From: Candidatus Babelota bacterium
GTDB taxonomy: Bacteria > Babelota > Babeliae > Babelales > JACPOV01
Direction: 5' to 3'
Assembly: GCA_016191325.1 (NCBI GenBank)
Contig: JACPOV010000008.1
Span: 910,351 to 974,350, forward strand
Length of the DNA stretch: 64,000 nt
The position numbers and the translations under genes are program-made. Positions 20,530 through 31,009 of the stretch are shown here, one piece after another. Each line of letters begins with the position of its first letter. Within the stretch, counting starts at the first letter, position 1. Below the pieces are notes generated by a model, which saw only the letters and a program-made list of their open reading frames with translations, did no database searches and was not told where the DNA came from.

Positions 20530-22632
20530 CTAGAATTTAATTTTTAGTTTTTCAGTCGATTCTTTTTTCAATTCTTCAGGCAGCGCTTGGAAATATGGCA
20601 TCATGTCTTGAGGCAGTTTAAATTCAGGTTGTTTGTTGATTCTGTGCAACTGATAGATCATTAAAAGAGTAAATAGTTGCGTTAGCGCTAATTTATTAAC
20701 GATAGGACGTAATGCATTCCTGGATAAGTTAACTCTATTTTTTATAGCTGCAAGAAATAACCTATCACTTGAATTAACCGCAGCAGCTGTCAATTCCTGG
20801 TTCACTTTAATACTTGTGAGCACTTCACCTGTTTTCAACCCAACAATTTTAATCGCATTATTTTTATTTTGCATAATAATTTGTTCGTTTATTGAATTAA
20901 ATCGCAGGATCCTATCTGTAGCCGAAAATGATCTAAGCTGATTACCCGATTTAATATCTAAAGTCACAAATAAATTTCGAGTTTTTGTTATTAAATTGCC
21001 ATCTTTATCAAACCATATTCGTTCAATTCCATTCGCGACTGAGATGACTCTTTGTTTTGGCGAAGATGAAATATCCCAAAGCTGGATCTCTAAAGTGGTC
21101 GGATCGGCAATAGCCAATGTTTTTTTTGCGTCATCAAATGCCATAGTACAAATTAAAGAAAATGTTCCGTCAAGCGGAATAATACGAATATTTTTCTGGT
21201 TTGCTAGATTAATAATCTGAACTCGTGTATCTGAAGTACGAATTGCTGCCATAGTGCCATCATTACTCAAAATCCCAGGGACTAAACCCAAATCAAAAAT
21301 CGAGGCAGCCATTCCTAATTGTTCCAAGGGGATTGCTGTCATATCTTTTTTTGCACTCAGATCACAAAAACGGAGGGCTTGCTCTCCCAAAAACATACAC
21401 ACGGTGCCTTTTTGACTTATTCTCAATCCTTTTCCAGCCAACTCGTAAGTAAGACGGTAAACTTCTTTTGTTATCCAAAGAATTTGAAGAGGAGAATCTG
21501 GACTCTTTAAAAAAATTATTGGCGTGTTGGTATCTTCATTAACTATTAGATCTGAAATTATCTGATTCGTCGCAATATAATTTGAGAGGTGTAATTCTTC
21601 AGTTTTCCATCCATACGAATTGAGAAAATCCGTTTGTGAAATAGTATTACGAACAATTGAAGCCTCCGCGGTGCTGGGCAATGACGAAACCCATTTTAAG
21701 AAGGTTGCGACATCAGCTGCTTCAGTCGCTAAGAGTTTTTTAATGAGAGCATTTGCCATTTTTTTTTCGACAACATTGCTCAATATTCTCATATCCAAAT
21801 AATCGGCAAGCTGCAGAAATTTGAGCAATTGCTCAGAGTTGAAGCTAATGTTGTTGAATAAATGCGTCACATTTTCTTCATTATTTAAATCGCGCACGGC
21901 TATTGCAAGCTTTTTGAGAATCTCCCACTCTTCTTGGCTGATATTACCAATCACAATTTTTTTTCCTGGAGCAAGTTTTTCAGGAGATACTTCATAAATA
22001 TCTTGAATTAACGTTTTTAAAACGGTCGATGCATTAAAAATCCTAATGATCGTTTGAGCTTCTGTTTGCTCTTTTGGAAATATAACTGCGAACAGCTCGC
22101 GTTCCTCCGTTTTTAGTCTTTTAGTTTCCTCTGTTGATTCAATTTTGCGTTTCCCCTGCTGCAAAGGAGTTACAAGCTGTTCTTGTTGAGCAAGCTCTTC
22201 TCGGTTCTTAAGAATTTTTGAGTACATATTTTGAAATGAAGGAGGCAATTGAATATCAAGATAATTCAGCATATCTAGAACTGACTCAAATCCTCCCAGC
22301 TTTTTTGTTTGTTCTAAGCGAAGTTTTTCGTCAAATTGTTGCAAATCGTTCAAAACCGCTTCGGGCAATGATTTTAGAAAGACAAAAGACTTTTCATCAA
22401 TATCTGGCAGGGCAATTTCTTGTAATTGGCCTTGTTGTAAAATATCCTCTATCAATTCCTTAAGTGTTTGAGATTTAGTCGCAAGAAATAGGAGCTTATT
22501 TTTAGGAATCGTTATCTCCACATCGCCTTTAAGTTTGACCAAAACCTGATCAGGCGGGCAGCTGCCCATCATGAATAAAGCGGATGCAATGATAATTGCA
22601 CGTTGAGCTACTTGTTTTATTATATCTTCCAT
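20530..22632 (-). CDS. Skp1/BTB-POZ-like (x2) + WD40-like propeller protein, family member E2
   Basis: VLVKLKGDVEITIPKNKLLFLATKSQTLKELIEDIL...IALPDIDEKSFVFLKSL, then LLKFLQLADYLDMRILSNVVEKKMANAL. Blades include TLEIQLWDISSSPKQ. The C-terminal tail is shared with E1, E3 and E4. Confidence 0.7.
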   Translation of the reverse strand: MEDIIKQVAQRAIIIASALFMMGSCPPDQVLVKLKGDVEITIPKNKLLFLATKSQTLKELIEDILQQGQLQEIALPDIDEKSFVFLKSLPEAVLNDLQQFDEKLRLEQTKKLGGFESVLDMLNYLDIQLPPSFQNMYSKILKNREELAQQEQLVTPLQQGKRKIESTEETKRLKTEERELFAVIFPKEQTEAQTIIRIFNASTVLKTLIQDIYEVSPEKLAPGKKIVIGNISQEEWEILKKLAIAVRDLNNEENVTHLFNNISFNSEQLLKFLQLADYLDMRILSNVVEKKMANALIKKLLATEAADVATFLKWVSSLPSTAEASIVRNTISQTDFLNSYGWKTEELHLSNYIATNQIISDLIVNEDTNTPIIFLKSPDSPLQILWITKEVYRLTYELAGKGLRISQKGTVCMFLGEQALRFCDLSAKKDMTAIPLEQLGMAASIFDLGLVPGILSNDGTMAAIRTSDTRVQIINLANQKNIRIIPLDGTFSLICTMAFDDAKKTLAIADPTTLEIQLWDISSSPKQRVISVANGIERIWFDKDGNLITKTRNLFVTLDIKSGNQLRSFSATDRILRFNSINEQIIMQNKNNAIKIVGLKTGEVLTSIKVNQELTAAAVNSSDRLFLAAIKNRVNLSRNALRPIVNKLALTQLFTLLMIYQLHRINKQPEFKLPQDMMPYFQALPEELKKESTEKLKIKF

Positions 22633-22665
22633 TTTTTACCTATTGCTTAATTAACGCGCCCGCGC

Positions 22666-24786
22666 CTATTTATTTAATTTTAGATCCGACATAAATTTAG
22701 GATAATACTGCTCAACAAGAATCTTAATATCCATTGGTAAGCTAGTTATCTTTTTTTCAAAATCTTGGCTTAAAATCACTTTTTCTTTTTGCGGACCAGA
22801 AAGCGCATGGTATTTCTTTATTAACGCAAGTGTAAAAACTTTATCGATTGAAAGCTTATCGAGTTGGTAATCAATGTTTTTCCATACAAGTACGCCTTGC
22901 CGTGTCGCGATTGCTATGCGAGACCCATCACCATTAAACGAGATTAAATCATGTCGAGCCATTTCGCCTCTCACCAGAGACCAAACTTCCTGAGGGAGAA
23001 TAATAGTTTGATAGTGTTGAGGATTCGAAACTTGCCAAATTCGTATCTCTTTCCAGTAGTCTGCTGCAATTTTTGCACCATTGGGACTGAAAATAGGATT
23101 CGTTATCCAACCAGGCGCTTCATTGTATTCGAAAGACATGTCCTCAATTATTTTTTCTTTTTCGATATCCCACAGTCTCATCTTTCCTTCGTATGACTTA
23201 GCAAGAAGCTGCTTTTCACTTAGGAACGCAAGGCTTTCAATCGGCTTCATATCTTCAGTCAGCAGTCGCTTGATTATTTCTTTTGTGTTGAGATTTATAA
23301 AGAAAATTCGTCCATCCGCCAGGCCCAATGCAATCGTTTGATCGTTTGGCGAAAAAGCCATGCTATAAATACTCGAATGTGATAAGTCCCATGTATCAAA
23401 AACAGAATCATAGTTATTTGTAGCGAGATCATAGAGGGTGAAAAGTCTACCATTGGCAATATATCCAAGAAATTTATTATTATGGCTAAAGGCACTTGCA
23501 GAATTTGAGGCTTGCTTGACCGTTATTTGGTTTCCGTTTTTTATGTCCATCAAATAAAGGCCTTGAGAAAAGCCTATCCGAGCTTTAGTAGAAATATAAT
23601 TCCCGTTTGGACTAAATTGCATCGCATCTGGTGAAAATTCAAGACTTGCAAGGAAACTTATTTTTTTCGTAGTAGTATCTATGAGTATTATTCCTTTTTT
23701 CTCTTTGTGGGTATCGTTAATACCCGCGGCAACAATTAAACCATCAGGCCTCATCGCTATCCCGCTCAATTCTCGATCGGTGCCAATTTTCAATGGCCCA
23801 CTCCAATGGAATTTTCCCAACAGCTCGCTTTTTAGAATTCTTCGCTTTAGTATTTCGCGAACTTCTGGCGTTATTTGATTAAAAAATTTATCGTAGGCGC
23901 CTAAATGCGCAAGCGCATCAAAAACTATTTCTTCGCTTTCCAATCGTGCTAAAAGTAGATCAATAGCGTTATCCAACAATCGAGCCATTTCTAAATAGTC
24001 TGCAATCAAGAGAATATCTTTTAATCTATCTGCGCTGTATTGCTTGAGAGCATTATGCACTTGATTATCATTAGAAAAATCTTCAATATTATCAGCCAAC
24101 TCTAGGAGTAAATTCCAGTGATCGATCGAAATACTGGTAATAAGAAGGTCTGCTCCCGGCGCAATCTCATCTATGTTCTCAAGCTTACGCGCATCTCTAA
24201 CATAATCTGTAAGAACGCGTGAAGCTTTTACTATCTTTAATACCCGTTCTCTGCTTTTACCTCCTGTCGGAATCGAGATCGTTAATTGCTTACCTTCTAT
24301 TCTTAATTTCTTTGGCTCGGTTATCTCAGATTCTGGCTCTTTTCTTTTGATAGTGATCGGGCAAGCTTGCTTGAGCTGCGGCAAACTATCATACGCGTTA
24401 AGTAACTCTTTAATATCAAAAAATTCAACAACTCTCATCAAATTCGAAAATGAATTGGCGCCGCGTGTCTGCAGATAATTTTTTAATTTGATTATTAATT
24501 GGCCAGGCGATTGAATAATCTTAAGAGCCTCGACGATAAATTTGAGCGAGTCTTTGTCGACCTGTAAAAATGGCAGCTCTTTAACAGCGTTTGCACTGGC
24601 TTCGACTTCTCCAGCAGCATTGTTGATAGTCGGAGAATATTCTCTCAGTTGAATGAATGTCGACTGCGGCACAATAACCGTTTGATCATCTTTTAGATTA
24701 AATTGAACATCGCCAAAACGTGCAGTATAGGCACCCTGACTTATCATTACTGGTAAAAATAAAAGCACCACAGCTATTTTTTTCAT
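22666..24786 (-). CDS. Skp1/BTB-POZ-like (x2) + seven-blade WD40-like propeller protein, family member E3
   Basis: The preferred ATG at 24786 follows GGAGGG (the track extends to 24846). Leader MKKIAVVLLFLPVMISQGA. LKDILLIADYLEMARLLDNAIDLLLARL. Blades include IALGLADGRIFFINLNTKE, GKMRLWDIEKEK and EIRIWQVSNPQ. Confidence 0.7.
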   Translation of the reverse strand: MKKIAVVLLFLPVMISQGAYTARFGDVQFNLKDDQTVIVPQSTFIQLREYSPTINNAAGEVEASANAVKELPFLQVDKDSLKFIVEALKIIQSPGQLIIKLKNYLQTRGANSFSNLMRVVEFFDIKELLNAYDSLPQLKQACPITIKRKEPESEITEPKKLRIEGKQLTISIPTGGKSRERVLKIVKASRVLTDYVRDARKLENIDEIAPGADLLITSISIDHWNLLLELADNIEDFSNDNQVHNALKQYSADRLKDILLIADYLEMARLLDNAIDLLLARLESEEIVFDALAHLGAYDKFFNQITPEVREILKRRILKSELLGKFHWSGPLKIGTDRELSGIAMRPDGLIVAAGINDTHKEKKGIILIDTTTKKISFLASLEFSPDAMQFSPNGNYISTKARIGFSQGLYLMDIKNGNQITVKQASNSASAFSHNNKFLGYIANGRLFTLYDLATNNYDSVFDTWDLSHSSIYSMAFSPNDQTIALGLADGRIFFINLNTKEIIKRLLTEDMKPIESLAFLSEKQLLAKSYEGKMRLWDIEKEKIIEDMSFEYNEAPGWITNPIFSPNGAKIAADYWKEIRIWQVSNPQHYQTIILPQEVWSLVRGEMARHDLISFNGDGSRIAIATRQGVLVWKNIDYQLDKLSIDKVFTLALIKKYHALSGPQKEKVILSQDFEKKITSLPMDIKILVEQYYPKFMSDLKLNK

Positions 24787-24924
24787 AGACCCTCCATTTA
24801 AGATTGAAATTAGTCTAAAAGATTTAGCTCTTGCGGAGCAACACATTGTAGCCGATCAAAATAAAAGTTTTATCGGGGTATCTTTACAACTCAAATGCAT
24901 TCAACTAGCCTGATACCTATATAA

Positions 24925-26406
<1,482 letters not shown>

Positions 26407-26646
26407 ATGGATTTCACGATTATTAGTCCCCGCGAAAAAAAAGAGCTAGCAATATCTTGGCTTGAAGTAAACACGCCTAATGGAAATTTTATCATTCAGC
26501 GCGGCCACGCACCGATGATCGTTCTTGTCTCGCCGAACCAACCGCTTACTGTTTGCTTGAAGAACGGTAAGCAGGAGACGTTTTGCACACCAGGTGGCAT
26601 TTTAGAAATCACCAGAACAGCCGCATTTTTATTATTAAACGAATAA
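26407..26646 (+). CDS. atpC: F1 ATP synthase epsilon subunit, N-terminal beta-sandwich domain only (79 aa)
   Basis: Starts immediately after the atpD stop. GNFIIQRGHAPMIVLVSPNQPLTV...GGILEI matches the epsilon N-terminal domain pattern. There is no C-terminal helical hairpin. Confidence 0.75.
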   Translation: MDFTIISPREKKELAISWLEVNTPNGNFIIQRGHAPMIVLVSPNQPLTVCLKNGKQETFCTPGGILEITRTAAFLLLNE

Positions 26647-26650
26647 TGAT

Positions 26651-26842
26651 CCCTCGTCCGCCATGGTTCGATACTTTTTGCTCATAAAATTCGCAAAACA
26701 CTCACCACGAGCGGAGTCGGCACTCACAATAGAAGGCCCCAAAAAAAACGTTAATAAATAAGAAAAAATTAATTCAAAAAATCTATCCACCCCGCTCGCC
26801 CTGAGTGATTTCGAACAGAGTGAGAAATTGTATCGAAGGGTT
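26651..26842. repeat. Nested-palindromic intergenic repeat element, copy B (inverted relative to copy A, longer spacer)
   Basis: 26665-26715 (GGTTCGATACTTTTTGCTCATAAAATTCGCAAAACACTCACCACGAGCGGA) is the reverse complement of copy A's right arm, with the last 23 nt identical. 26790-26840 (CCCCGCTCGCCCTGAGTGATTTCGAACAGAGTGAGAAATTGTATCGAAGGG) is the reverse complement of copy A's left arm, sharing blocks of 16 and 12 nt. The spacer is about 74 nt. Confidence 0.8.
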
Positions 26843-26849
26843 AAGTTTT

Positions 26850-28457
26850 ATGAAAAATAAATTGGGCTATATTATCTCAGGATCGTTAACCGAAGGATTC
26901 GTGATGCGGATCACGAACGCAGCGCATCTTGAAGAGATTAAAGCTGGAAAATTTGTGTGCATTGCGGGCGATCATCACACTTTTTTTTCACTAATCACCG
27001 ATCTTTCACTCGCCGTTACGCATCCAGATATCTTGCTTTTTCCACCAAGCGAAAAAGAAAAATTACTCGCCAAAATTCTTGCAAAAAAAGACATTTATGC
27101 GACCGCATCAGTTAAACCAATGCTTATGATGACCAAAGAACAGCGCGTGATTCCCGTAAAAACTATTCCACCACATTTTGCGCCGATTTTTGAAGCAGAT
27201 AAAAAAGATATCGCGCTCATATTTGGCGATGAAAACGATACTAAAACTCCCTATTTTAACATTGGCTGCCCACTTGATATGGATACGCCGGTTTGCATCA
27301 ATCTTGAACGGCTTACCGAACGCAGTAACGGTATTTTTGGAAAAACCGGAACGGGAAAAACATTCTTAACACGGCTCGTGCTTGCTGGATTAGTAAAACA
27401 AGACCAAGCGGTAAATTTAATTTTTGATATGCATAGCGAATACGGCCTGCAAGCGCGAAAAGAAGGATCGCATTCATTTGTTAAAGGTTTAAAAACGCTC
27501 TTTCCTTCAAAAGTTGCACTTTTTTCTCTCGATCCACAATCAACGCGCAGACGCGGTGCCACCCCTGATGTAGAAATCAATTTGCCGTATAGCGCCGTGC
27601 ATGTTGAAGATATTTTAGCGCTGCAAGAAGAACTTAATTTGCATAGTACCGCAGTTGAAGCAGCGCATTTAATTGCCGCACGGCACAAACACGAATGGCT
27701 CGGAGTTCTTTTAGCGCAAGGCGATCGCTTAAAAGAATTTGCAGCAGAAATTGGCGGCCATCCTGAATCTATTGCTGCACTTTATAGAAAATTAAAACGC
27801 ATTGAGCGATTTCCGTTTTTCCGGCACGCTGCGGGTGGCAATTTTCGGGAAGGTTCATCAATTGATCAGCTTATTGAATATTTAAGCAAGGGCATTTCGG
27901 TCATCATCGAATTTGGTAATTTCACTTCAAGCCTTTGCTATTTGCTGCTTGCAAACATGATCACGCGCCGTATTCATACCGAATATATTGAAAAAACAGA
28001 AAAATTTTTAGCAAGTCAGCGGGCTGAAGATGAACCGAAAAAATTAATGATTACTATCGAAGAAGCGCATAAATTTTTGAATCCGCACGCGGCACGCCAA
28101 ACTATTTTTGGCACGATCGCGCGGGAAATGCGTAAATATTACGTTTCTCTTTTAGTTGTTGATCAGCGGCCATCAGGCATCGATCCAGAAATTATTTCTC
28201 AAATTGGCACCAAAATTATTGCACAACTCAATGATGATAAAGATATCCAAGCAGTGCTCACTGGTATTTCAAATGCGCATCATTTGCGCGGCATTTTAGC
28301 ATCGTTGGATACAAAAAAACAGGCGATGATTGTTGGCCATGCAGTCGCAATGCCAGTTGTCGTACAAACCCGCGAATATGATGAAGTATTTTATCGCGCA
28401 ATGGCACCACAAGTTTCCGCAAAACAAATTGACGTGATGATTCAGGAACTATTTTAG
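26850..28457 (+). CDS. HerA-like / DUF87-type P-loop ATPase (COG0433-like)
   Basis: Walker A GIFGKTGTGKTFLTRLVLAGL, Walker B-like LMITIEEAHKFL, LLVVDQRPSGIDPEIISQIGTKIIAQLNDDKD. The track start at 26805 reads through repeat copy B, so I prefer the ATG at 26850 (MKNKLGYIISGSL). Confidence 0.8.
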   Translation: MKNKLGYIISGSLTEGFVMRITNAAHLEEIKAGKFVCIAGDHHTFFSLITDLSLAVTHPDILLFPPSEKEKLLAKILAKKDIYATASVKPMLMMTKEQRVIPVKTIPPHFAPIFEADKKDIALIFGDENDTKTPYFNIGCPLDMDTPVCINLERLTERSNGIFGKTGTGKTFLTRLVLAGLVKQDQAVNLIFDMHSEYGLQARKEGSHSFVKGLKTLFPSKVALFSLDPQSTRRRGATPDVEINLPYSAVHVEDILALQEELNLHSTAVEAAHLIAARHKHEWLGVLLAQGDRLKEFAAEIGGHPESIAALYRKLKRIERFPFFRHAAGGNFREGSSIDQLIEYLSKGISVIIEFGNFTSSLCYLLLANMITRRIHTEYIEKTEKFLASQRAEDEPKKLMITIEEAHKFLNPHAARQTIFGTIAREMRKYYVSLLVVDQRPSGIDPEIISQIGTKIIAQLNDDKDIQAVLTGISNAHHLRGILASLDTKKQAMIVGHAVAMPVVVQTREYDEVFYRAMAPQVSAKQIDVMIQELF

Positions 28458-28477
28458 GATTTTGCCATTTTTTTCGC

Positions 28478-28612
28478 ACATCCCTCGATACAAACGCAAA
28501 GCGTTCACTCGGGACGAGCGCTTCAAAAAATGTTATTTACTGGAAAACTCTTAATATTTTGTTAGCTGCGCTCGTCTCGAGTGCGCACGAAGTGCGTGTA
28601 TCGAGAGATGGC
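28478..28612. repeat. Nested-palindromic intergenic repeat element, copy C (variant, same orientation as A)
   Basis: Left arm CCCTCGATACAAACGCAAAGCGTTCACTCGGGACGAGCGC (28482-28521), right arm GCGCTCGTCTCGAGTGCGCACGAAGTGCGTGTATCGAGAG (28568-28607). It shares TCGATACAAACGC and GTATCGA(A/G) with copies A and B. Each arm contains its own small hairpin. Confidence 0.7.
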
Positions 28613-28633
28613 GCAAATTCAAAGGTTTAAATA

Positions 28634-28662
28634 TAAAAAGGCCCAGAAAGTCTGAGCCTTTT
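28634..28662. terminator. Bidirectional hairpin terminator candidate downstream of pal
   Basis: AAAAA, then AGGCCCAGA, AAG loop, TCTGAGCCT (one mismatch), then TTTT. A-run and T-run flank the stem. Confidence 0.5.
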
Positions 28663-28684
28663 TATGTAAGATTTTTAAACTTAT

Positions 28685-29293
28685 TTATGCATTAATCGCA
28701 TAAATCTCTACACGACGGTTTGGCGCTTGGCCTTCGAAAGTATTTTCAAAAGCGGCAAGTTCTTCGTTGCCTACGCCAAATACTTTAACGTTCCCTTTAG
28801 CAGAATCTCCAACTAGGGTTTGAGCCAAATCACTCGCACGTTGATTTGAAAGCGCTAAGTTATAATCTTTGGTACCGTGCCAGGTGCATGAATGCCCTTT
28901 AACGACAACCTTTTTCCCTTCATCTACCCATGTATCAACTTGTTTTTTTACGGACGCAAGTTTTGCTTTTTGGTCGTCCCGGACTTTTGGGCTATCGTAG
29001 TCAAAATAAACAACGAGTACATCTTCATCATTCTGATCGAGCTCGCCAAGCGCTAAAACATCGTTCTTTGCGCCTTTTTGTGCATTTTCCTCATCTAAAA
29101 CCAATGTTTCTACATCTTCAAATGCACCCAAATCCTCATCAAAGAAACTCACTTTAGGCTGGCCCTTTGACGGGACCGGCATATCAACTGCAGCTGCTAA
29201 ATTTGCAGGATGTTCCCGCTTTACCTTCTTTTTTCCGCACCCTGATAGGACAATTATGAATAGAGTAACGAAAACTAATAATTTTTTTTGCAT
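28685..29293 (-). CDS. pal: Peptidoglycan-associated lipoprotein (OmpA-family C-terminal domain)
   Basis: Lipobox in MQKKLLVFVTLFIIVLSGC. OmpA-like domain VYFDYDSPKV...GHSCTWHGTKDYNLALSNQRASDLAQTLV...NRRVEIY. The start is taken at ATG 29293 rather than the track's 29329. Confidence 0.88.
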   Translation of the reverse strand: MQKKLLVFVTLFIIVLSGCGKKKVKREHPANLAAAVDMPVPSKGQPKVSFFDEDLGAFEDVETLVLDEENAQKGAKNDVLALGELDQNDEDVLVVYFDYDSPKVRDDQKAKLASVKKQVDTWVDEGKKVVVKGHSCTWHGTKDYNLALSNQRASDLAQTLVGDSAKGNVKVFGVGNEELAAFENTFEGQAPNRRVEIYAINA

Positions 29294-29477
29294 AGGCTCT
29301 CCACCTCCAAAATGGGTTATGTTTCTCAAGCAACGGTGGGCAATTTACCATATTTTTCTCCTCTTTTCTATTAGTTTTAGCGAGTTTTTCTACTATTTGG
29401 CGATCGGATACGGTATACTTACGGTTATAAGGTATTTTACAACACGTTTTTCCAGCACCTTAGGGTGGGGACGATTC

Positions 29478-30980
29478 ATGAAAAAAATTATAATTAATGT
29501 TGCCGCGTGGCAGACACGAGTTGCAATTCTGCGCGATGGACAACTGCAAAACATTTACTTCTCTTCGCCAGTGAGTACGACGCTTGAGCAATCGTATTTC
29601 AAGGGCGTGGTTACCACGATTCTACCCGGAATCCAAACAGCGTTTGTCGATATCGGGCAGGAAAAAGCTGGGTTCCTTCATATTTCTGAGATAGACCGCG
29701 AGCTTGCTATAGATAGAATGAGCTCAACAGTCGATCTTGACGATGCACCCCAACAACGAGAATCGCACCATCGCCAAGCAATGGACATTGGTAAGATTCT
29801 TAAAGAAGGCGAGCATATTCTTGTGCAAGTCAGTAAAGAGCCTGTGTATGAAAAAGGTGCGAAATTAACCACCTGTTTTACGCTACCCGGCAGATTTATT
29901 GTCTTAATGCCAAATATTCCACGCATCGCGATCTCAAAAAAAATCGAAGAGCGCGAAGAGCGCATCCGGCTCAAGGAGATTTTGATGAAAAATCTTCCTG
30001 AAGGGATGGGCGCAATTATTCGTACCACTTCGCAAAATCGAACAGAAAAAGAAATCGTGCAAGATGTTCAGTACCTTACTGATATCTGGCAAACGATTAT
30101 GCACGAATATCAAAAAGCAAAACCCCAACAAAAAATTCACGAAGATCTTCCGCTGCCATTGCGCATGATTCGTGATCATCTTGATGACGATGTTGAAGAG
30201 GTCATCGTTGACGATAAACAAACACAGGCGGATGTTTATAAGTTTGTAAAAAAAATAGCACCGGAATATATGTACAAAGTGAAACTCTATTCTGGCCCCC
30301 AAAATATTTTTGAAAAATATCAAATCGATAAGCAAATTGAGCAAGCGCTCTCACACAAAGTACCACTCAGATCGGGCGGATCGCTCATTATTGAAACCAC
30401 TGAGGCGATGACGGTAGTCGATGTAAACACCGGAAAATATATCGGCAAGGCAAATCTTGAAGATACGATTCTCAAAACCAACCTTGAAGCTGCTGAAGAA
30501 GTGGTGCGTCAGTTACGCTTGCGCAATATTGGTGGTTTGATCGTTATCGACTTTATCGATATGGCTTCATCTGGAAACCAACAAAAGCTAATGCGCTTTT
30601 TGGAAAAAACACTCAAAGAGCGTGATAAATTTCAATCGGTTGTACTTAAAGTTTCTGAATTCGGCCTTGTGCAAATGACGCGTAAACGTTCTGGCAAAAC
30701 ATTATTGCAAGAATTAACACGCGCATGCAGTTGCTGCCACGGGCTTGGTTTTGTTAAATCGACACAAATGCAATGCTATGCAATTCTTTCTGAAATTCGA
30801 GAAAAATTGCAAAAAATGCGCGGCACTAAACACATCGAAATTACCTTCAATCCAACCATTTTCGATTATATAACGACGATCGAATATAATGCCATCTTAG
30901 CTTTTGAAAAAGAATTGGGATTAAAAATTACGCTGATGAGCAATCCAGAGATGCCTGTTGGGGAGTTCCATATAAAATAA
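29478..30980 (+). CDS. rng: Ribonuclease G/E family endoribonuclease
   Basis: MKKIIINVAAWQTRVAILRDGQL, S1-like segment GVVTTILPGIQTAFVDIGQEKAGFLHISE, GGLIVIDFIDM. The track start at 29256 would overlap pal on the opposite strand, so the ATG at 29478 is preferred. Confidence 0.9.
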   Translation: MKKIIINVAAWQTRVAILRDGQLQNIYFSSPVSTTLEQSYFKGVVTTILPGIQTAFVDIGQEKAGFLHISEIDRELAIDRMSSTVDLDDAPQQRESHHRQAMDIGKILKEGEHILVQVSKEPVYEKGAKLTTCFTLPGRFIVLMPNIPRIAISKKIEEREERIRLKEILMKNLPEGMGAIIRTTSQNRTEKEIVQDVQYLTDIWQTIMHEYQKAKPQQKIHEDLPLPLRMIRDHLDDDVEEVIVDDKQTQADVYKFVKKIAPEYMYKVKLYSGPQNIFEKYQIDKQIEQALSHKVPLRSGGSLIIETTEAMTVVDVNTGKYIGKANLEDTILKTNLEAAEEVVRQLRLRNIGGLIVIDFIDMASSGNQQKLMRFLEKTLKERDKFQSVVLKVSEFGLVQMTRKRSGKTLLQELTRACSCCHGLGFVKSTQMQCYAILSEIREKLQKMRGTKHIEITFNPTIFDYITTIEYNAILAFEKELGLKITLMSNPEMPVGEFHIK

Positions 30981-31009
30981 TTTTTGGGCAAATGGGGAGT
31001 GGGTAAAAA

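Noticed and set aside
26805-26849. N-terminal extension of the HerA-like ORF (MISNRVRNCIEGLSF...)
   Set aside because: The extension is a translation of palindromic repeat copy B (26790-26840). The ATG at 26850 gives a sensible N-terminus.
26850-28457. Calling the HerA-like gene an anti-phage defence system
   Set aside because: No partner effector gene (Sir2, DUF4297, NurA or another nuclease) lies adjacent. A defence role cannot be supported from this window alone. It is kept only as a context observation.
29256-29477. 74-codon N-terminal extension of rng
   Set aside because: It overlaps the pal start region on the opposite strand and the intergenic promoter region. The conserved RNase G N-terminus begins at the ATG at 29478.
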